This document shows positions 60,200 through 64,000 of a DNA stretch of 64,000 bases, in pieces. Position 1 is the first letter of the stretch. Every line of letters starts with the position of its first letter. The notes under the pieces are model-generated. The model had not been told where the DNA came from and did no database searches. It saw only the letters and a list, made by a program, of their open reading frames with translations. The translations under genes were made by a program, and so were the position numbers. The DNA lies in the NCBI GenBank assembly GCA_038496445.1, contig JALMLS010000507.1:62001-126000 (forward strand), given 5' to 3'. The stretch is from Trichosphaerium sp. ATCC 40318. Taxonomy: Eukaryota > Protista > Tubulinea.

Positions 60200-62851
60200 C
60201 TATATATTATTTGATTCAATGTTTGCTTTATACCAATACTCTTCCAGCCATGAAGGACGCTTTAACCCAAAGAATTGGGAAAGAACCTTTTCACCAGACA
60301 AAAGAGAACCTTCAGCCCATCCTATAGCAGAACTGGTTAGTACATTCATAAAAATATCGTTGGGAGGTGCTTTGTTTTTGAAAAAAAATAACTTCTGTAC
60401 TTTTACTGTACTGGTCTTCTACTATTATAGTTTCTTGTACGGGTAAACTGTTTTCAAGGCAACAAAAGAAATGTAAAATCAAACGACATTTTTCAATAAA
60501 ATCGAACAAAATAAACTCACCAGCGTATGTAGAAAAGTCAAGATTGACAAGGTGTAGTCTCTGACCAGGTACTGGTTCGATTAAGTTCTCTATCCATTTA
60601 CCATCTGGGACTGTACTCGGTTGTACTACTGTACCCTGTGGACCAAACCAATCTGCTGTCGCCCAGTTTGCAAAAATAGCAACTGTTGGTTTTGTAACTA
60701 GTGCGAGTTCTTCTTCTGATAACAGCTTTCCATGTGTTCGTAGTACAATATCGTGTACCCAATCAAGAAATAGAGAGTGTTGGACGTCATCAGATGCTCT
60801 TATGATATTAACAAGTGATTCCTCACGGAAAGGCTGTAAAGAAAAGAGTCAACGTTCAACCTGACTAGAAAAAAGGGCGTACGTTTATTTTATCCTGTGG
60901 GAAGATACGCTGTTGTGTACCACCAATCCTATAACTGACTTGTAACCATCCTCTGCAATTTTGTCCATTAGAGTCGCACGTGCCCTTACCATCATGAATA
61001 CGTGACTCTCCAAAAAGCTCTAAAAATACAGTTAGAAAACAGTTGATAGGAAAAGCTGTGTCTTATTGTCATATTCTTACTTACCATCTGTGAATAACGA
61101 AGCGCTGTATATTTGGTTATTCAACCAGAATGCCTCAGGATAATAAACATAAATCTTTTCACCAAAGACAGGCGTTGAAACAGATTCAATTGCTTTCTTT
61201 CCAATCCCGAAAGCTGTAACATTTCAATGTCAGAATCAAAATATTATTCTAAGCTGAGCGTACTGTTTGTGAATATGTAACTGTTTGAGTTCAGTTTGTT
61301 AATGGCATATTTGCCGATATTGAGGATCAAGTTTTTACAGCGTATGATACGTCCATTTCTGAAATGAACTCTCCAACGAGAACCAATTTTATAAAAAGCT
61401 GTCATTTCATGTCTATAGAATACATCTCCTCCTGCTTGTTTATATTGATGCAAAAGTTGTAAAACCCAAGTATTAAATCCTGTTCTTCCTTCCCCTTCAA
61501 CAATAGCTCGAACATCTGGTAGCGTGCTTCTTTCGTTGGCAATGGCCTAAAAATAGAATCAATTTTGGTGCACACAGAAATTCCAAACACAACAGTTTTT
61601 ACGTACACGAACTGTATCTGCAGCCAAGAAGTACATAGGTTGCGAGAAAATAACGTCACTTATGTCTCCATTTCCTATGAGTATACTAGCAAAAGCACGT
61701 GCTTCAGCAGACATTTTGTCACCAATGTAAGTATGCAAGTCAATTGCCATACCATCTGCGTAAAAGTAAGGTTTCTTTCTTCCTTGAAGATGTTGATTCG
61801 ATGTACCTGTTCTTGTCCCATCTGGTAGAGTTACTCCTGTTTGACGCATAGAAGCAAGTACGTCTTCGTAAGCTTGCCAACGCACTTGAGGGTCAGCGTC
61901 TGTTAGGAAAGGGATATTCTGTAATATTTGAGGGTATGCGTCAAACAAAAAGTTGAAGCCCTGTATCGGCTGTGTGTTTGCTTCACCACTGGGAGCATAT
62001 TTCTCGGAGTCTCGGAGGAAATATGGTACGTTAGCCGAGCTTGTCATGAGATCTTGAGCGGAGATGTTCTGGTTACTACACGAAGCTTTATATTAGCACA
62101 AAAACTGCATACAAAGCAACTTGGAAATTTCAGTTAACAAAAACCAAAAAAAAACTTACCGAAGTAAATAATAATTGTTGGCAACTGTACAATCTGTAGT
62201 AGTCTTATCTCCATTTAATATAAAGTCTACGTTTGAGGTTGAATAGCATCTTGTAGGAATATTCAGTACATCCTCCACAAGAGCCCTATAGAACGTTAGT
62301 ACGTGCGTAGAGTAATATTGTTGTAATGTCCGAATATCGTCAGTTCATCACACGTGGAAATTTAGGTTTAGAAATTACAAAAAATCCTCAGGACGTACCT
62401 TGTCATTATGTGCTCGTGTGTTCTGTACCTGTACGCTCCTAGTTCCAAGACATAATCAGGATCTATTTCAGGAACTTCATCGTTGCCTATTGGTCTTACA
62501 CGGCCTCCAGGACGCGAAAGACCTTCAACTATCGCAATGGAATTTGGTCTGTAACGCCACTGTTCATAGTTGCCTGTAAGTAACCGCCACCCGGTATAGA
62601 CACCTCCAGGTCCTGCTCCTACAACTAAAGTGTCATAGTAGCGCCTAAGCAAGGTAAATTTTAGGAAGATAGCTAAAACTCGAACGATTCACACGTGCTG
62701 ATATCATTGTGTGGTGACGAGAATGGTAAAAATAAGCTGAAGTTGGCACAATTGTGGCCAACAGTTTCGTTTTGGACTCATACCTTGGGTAGTACCACCC
62801 AGACACAAAGGTGAAGGCGAAGAAGAGTAAGAGAAGCTGTGGTTTAAACAT
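60200..62851 (-). CDS. Secreted flavin amine oxidase, L-amino-acid oxidase (achacin/aplysianin-like)
   Basis: Signal peptide MFKPQLLLLFFAFTFVSG, VVGAGPGGVYTGWRL, GGRV, ELGAYRY, C-terminal GWAEGSLLSGEKVLSQFFGLKRPSWL. Confidence 0.85.
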
Positions 62852-63022
62852 GTTGTTGATATTTTTATCCGTTGATATCACCTGCTTAACTGGTTTATCT
62901 TAAAAATAGTTAAGGCAAAAAACGAAACTAGGCCAACAAACTAGCGCTCAGAAACTCATTTGTTTTAACTCAATTAACCTTGCAATCTTGTGCTGTGCTT
63001 CAAATAAACCCCACTTTGTGTC

Positions 63023-64000
63023 ATGAAGGCACAAACGGGTAGGCTGGTTTTATGCCTAATACTGTATATTCTGACATCAGCACGTGGCATTCTACTATTT
63101 GCCAATAGAACAGAGGAAACCGTACCTTTAAAATTCCAAGGTAACTCTGGCGCAGTAGAAGAAGACATTACTGGCGTTCTGGCTCTACGAGAAAGCGTAA
63201 CACCAGGTAATCAGTTGACGCTTTTTTGGCTATGTTGGCTCTTTGTTCCCTAACTTACAGATAATAGGATGTATTGTTGTAATGACTGAAGTACATATAT
63301 GCGACCAGTCTTCATCTGTTGATGCGATGATTATGGCGATTAACGAAGGCGCAGTTGGAATACTTGTAGTCGGTGGTAACTACGGTTGCTTTCCATACAC
63401 GCTATGCCAACGTACGTAGTAATATTTCTGGTTTCCTCACTTTCCTTTTTTAACTTTTAGGTTATAACCTCACTGTTTCGCTAGATGATACTACTATGGT
63501 GACAGTGCCTGTTGTAGAGATTGATAAATCCGTAGTTTCTTTTGAAGACTTTAAGAGTTTTATATCACGTGGAAGTATTAATATTACGATGATACAAGGT
63601 ACGAACCGTCAATTATGTTATAAAACCGCTAGTAGATAAAAAAAAAACCAGTTTAAACTAACCGTATTTATGACCGTTGTAGATACATCCAATAATCCTT
63701 GCAGGGCCTATTACCAATCAGCATTATTTGGAATTATACAAGGCGTCTTAATGATCGCAAATACTCTCAATATATGTCTTTGCTTATTACGGTACTAGCA
63801 ATGGAACAATTACTTTTTTTTATTTTTTAATACTATTTTGTTCATGAGCGTATTTTCATTAATTCGGAACTAAAATAAACATAAACCGTAAAATACGTTT
63901 ACAGAAAATACAATATTCGCGTTTATGTTTCGTAGTCTCGAGATTATCGGAACTCACGTGTTTTATTTTTGCCTGAACGAAAAAATACGTTTTCAGCTCG
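63023..64000 (+). CDS. Signal peptide - PA-like domain - TM protein, 3'-partial
   Basis: ITGVL, AINEGAVGILVV, VPVVEIDK, INITM, then TM ALFGIIQGVLMIANTLNICLCLL. No stop reached before the window end. Confidence 0.6.

Noticed and set aside
1-64000. Alternative genetic code as the cause of the short ORFs
   Set aside because: In the genes I spliced, the stops fall inside GT/GC-AG introns and conserved proteins (Ubc12, Rab, SPOUT1) are restored with the standard code.

Overview
Eukaryotic nuclear DNA, roughly 35% GC, gene-dense and intron-rich. Most introns are about 36-250 nt with GTACG-type donors, plus several G|GCACG GC-AG introns, so the ORF track shows only exon fragments; I rebuilt the gene models by hand-splicing. 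The genes I spliced use the standard genetic code. Gene content suggests a free-living protist, probably an amoeba (inference; taxon not determinable here). About 30 genes: MORN-repeat, TPR, GDPD, Mpv17/PMP22, BC-box LRR, Ubc12, two DUF3598-like barrels, SPOUT1, a triple DIX-like protein, a two-TM NIT nitrate-sensor-domain protein, an MRH-like secreted protein, F-box-SNF2-SAP ATPase, tail-anchored Sec14, TPM-RING, ankyrin, helical-repeat plus PD-(D/E)XK nuclease, R3HCC1-like, several F-box proteins, an atypical Rab, CASTOR-like, an aerolysin-like protein, L-amino-acid-oxidase-like and a PA-domain protein, plus pseudogene fragments. The most unusual signals are: (1) a ~195-nt structured, oligo-T-terminated RNA candidate with a circularly permuted tRNA-like module (10848-11045), followed by a divergent U2-like sequence; (2) an insertion flanked by a 69-bp duplication that appears to have created a new intron (20129-20382); (3) an output-less NIT receptor; (4) a repeat-array nuclease; (5) intronless giant-virus-like F-box-LRR and MORN genes, one with variation confined to the LRR binding face. 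All family assignments come from motif recognition by eye, not database searches, and exon boundaries are approximate.
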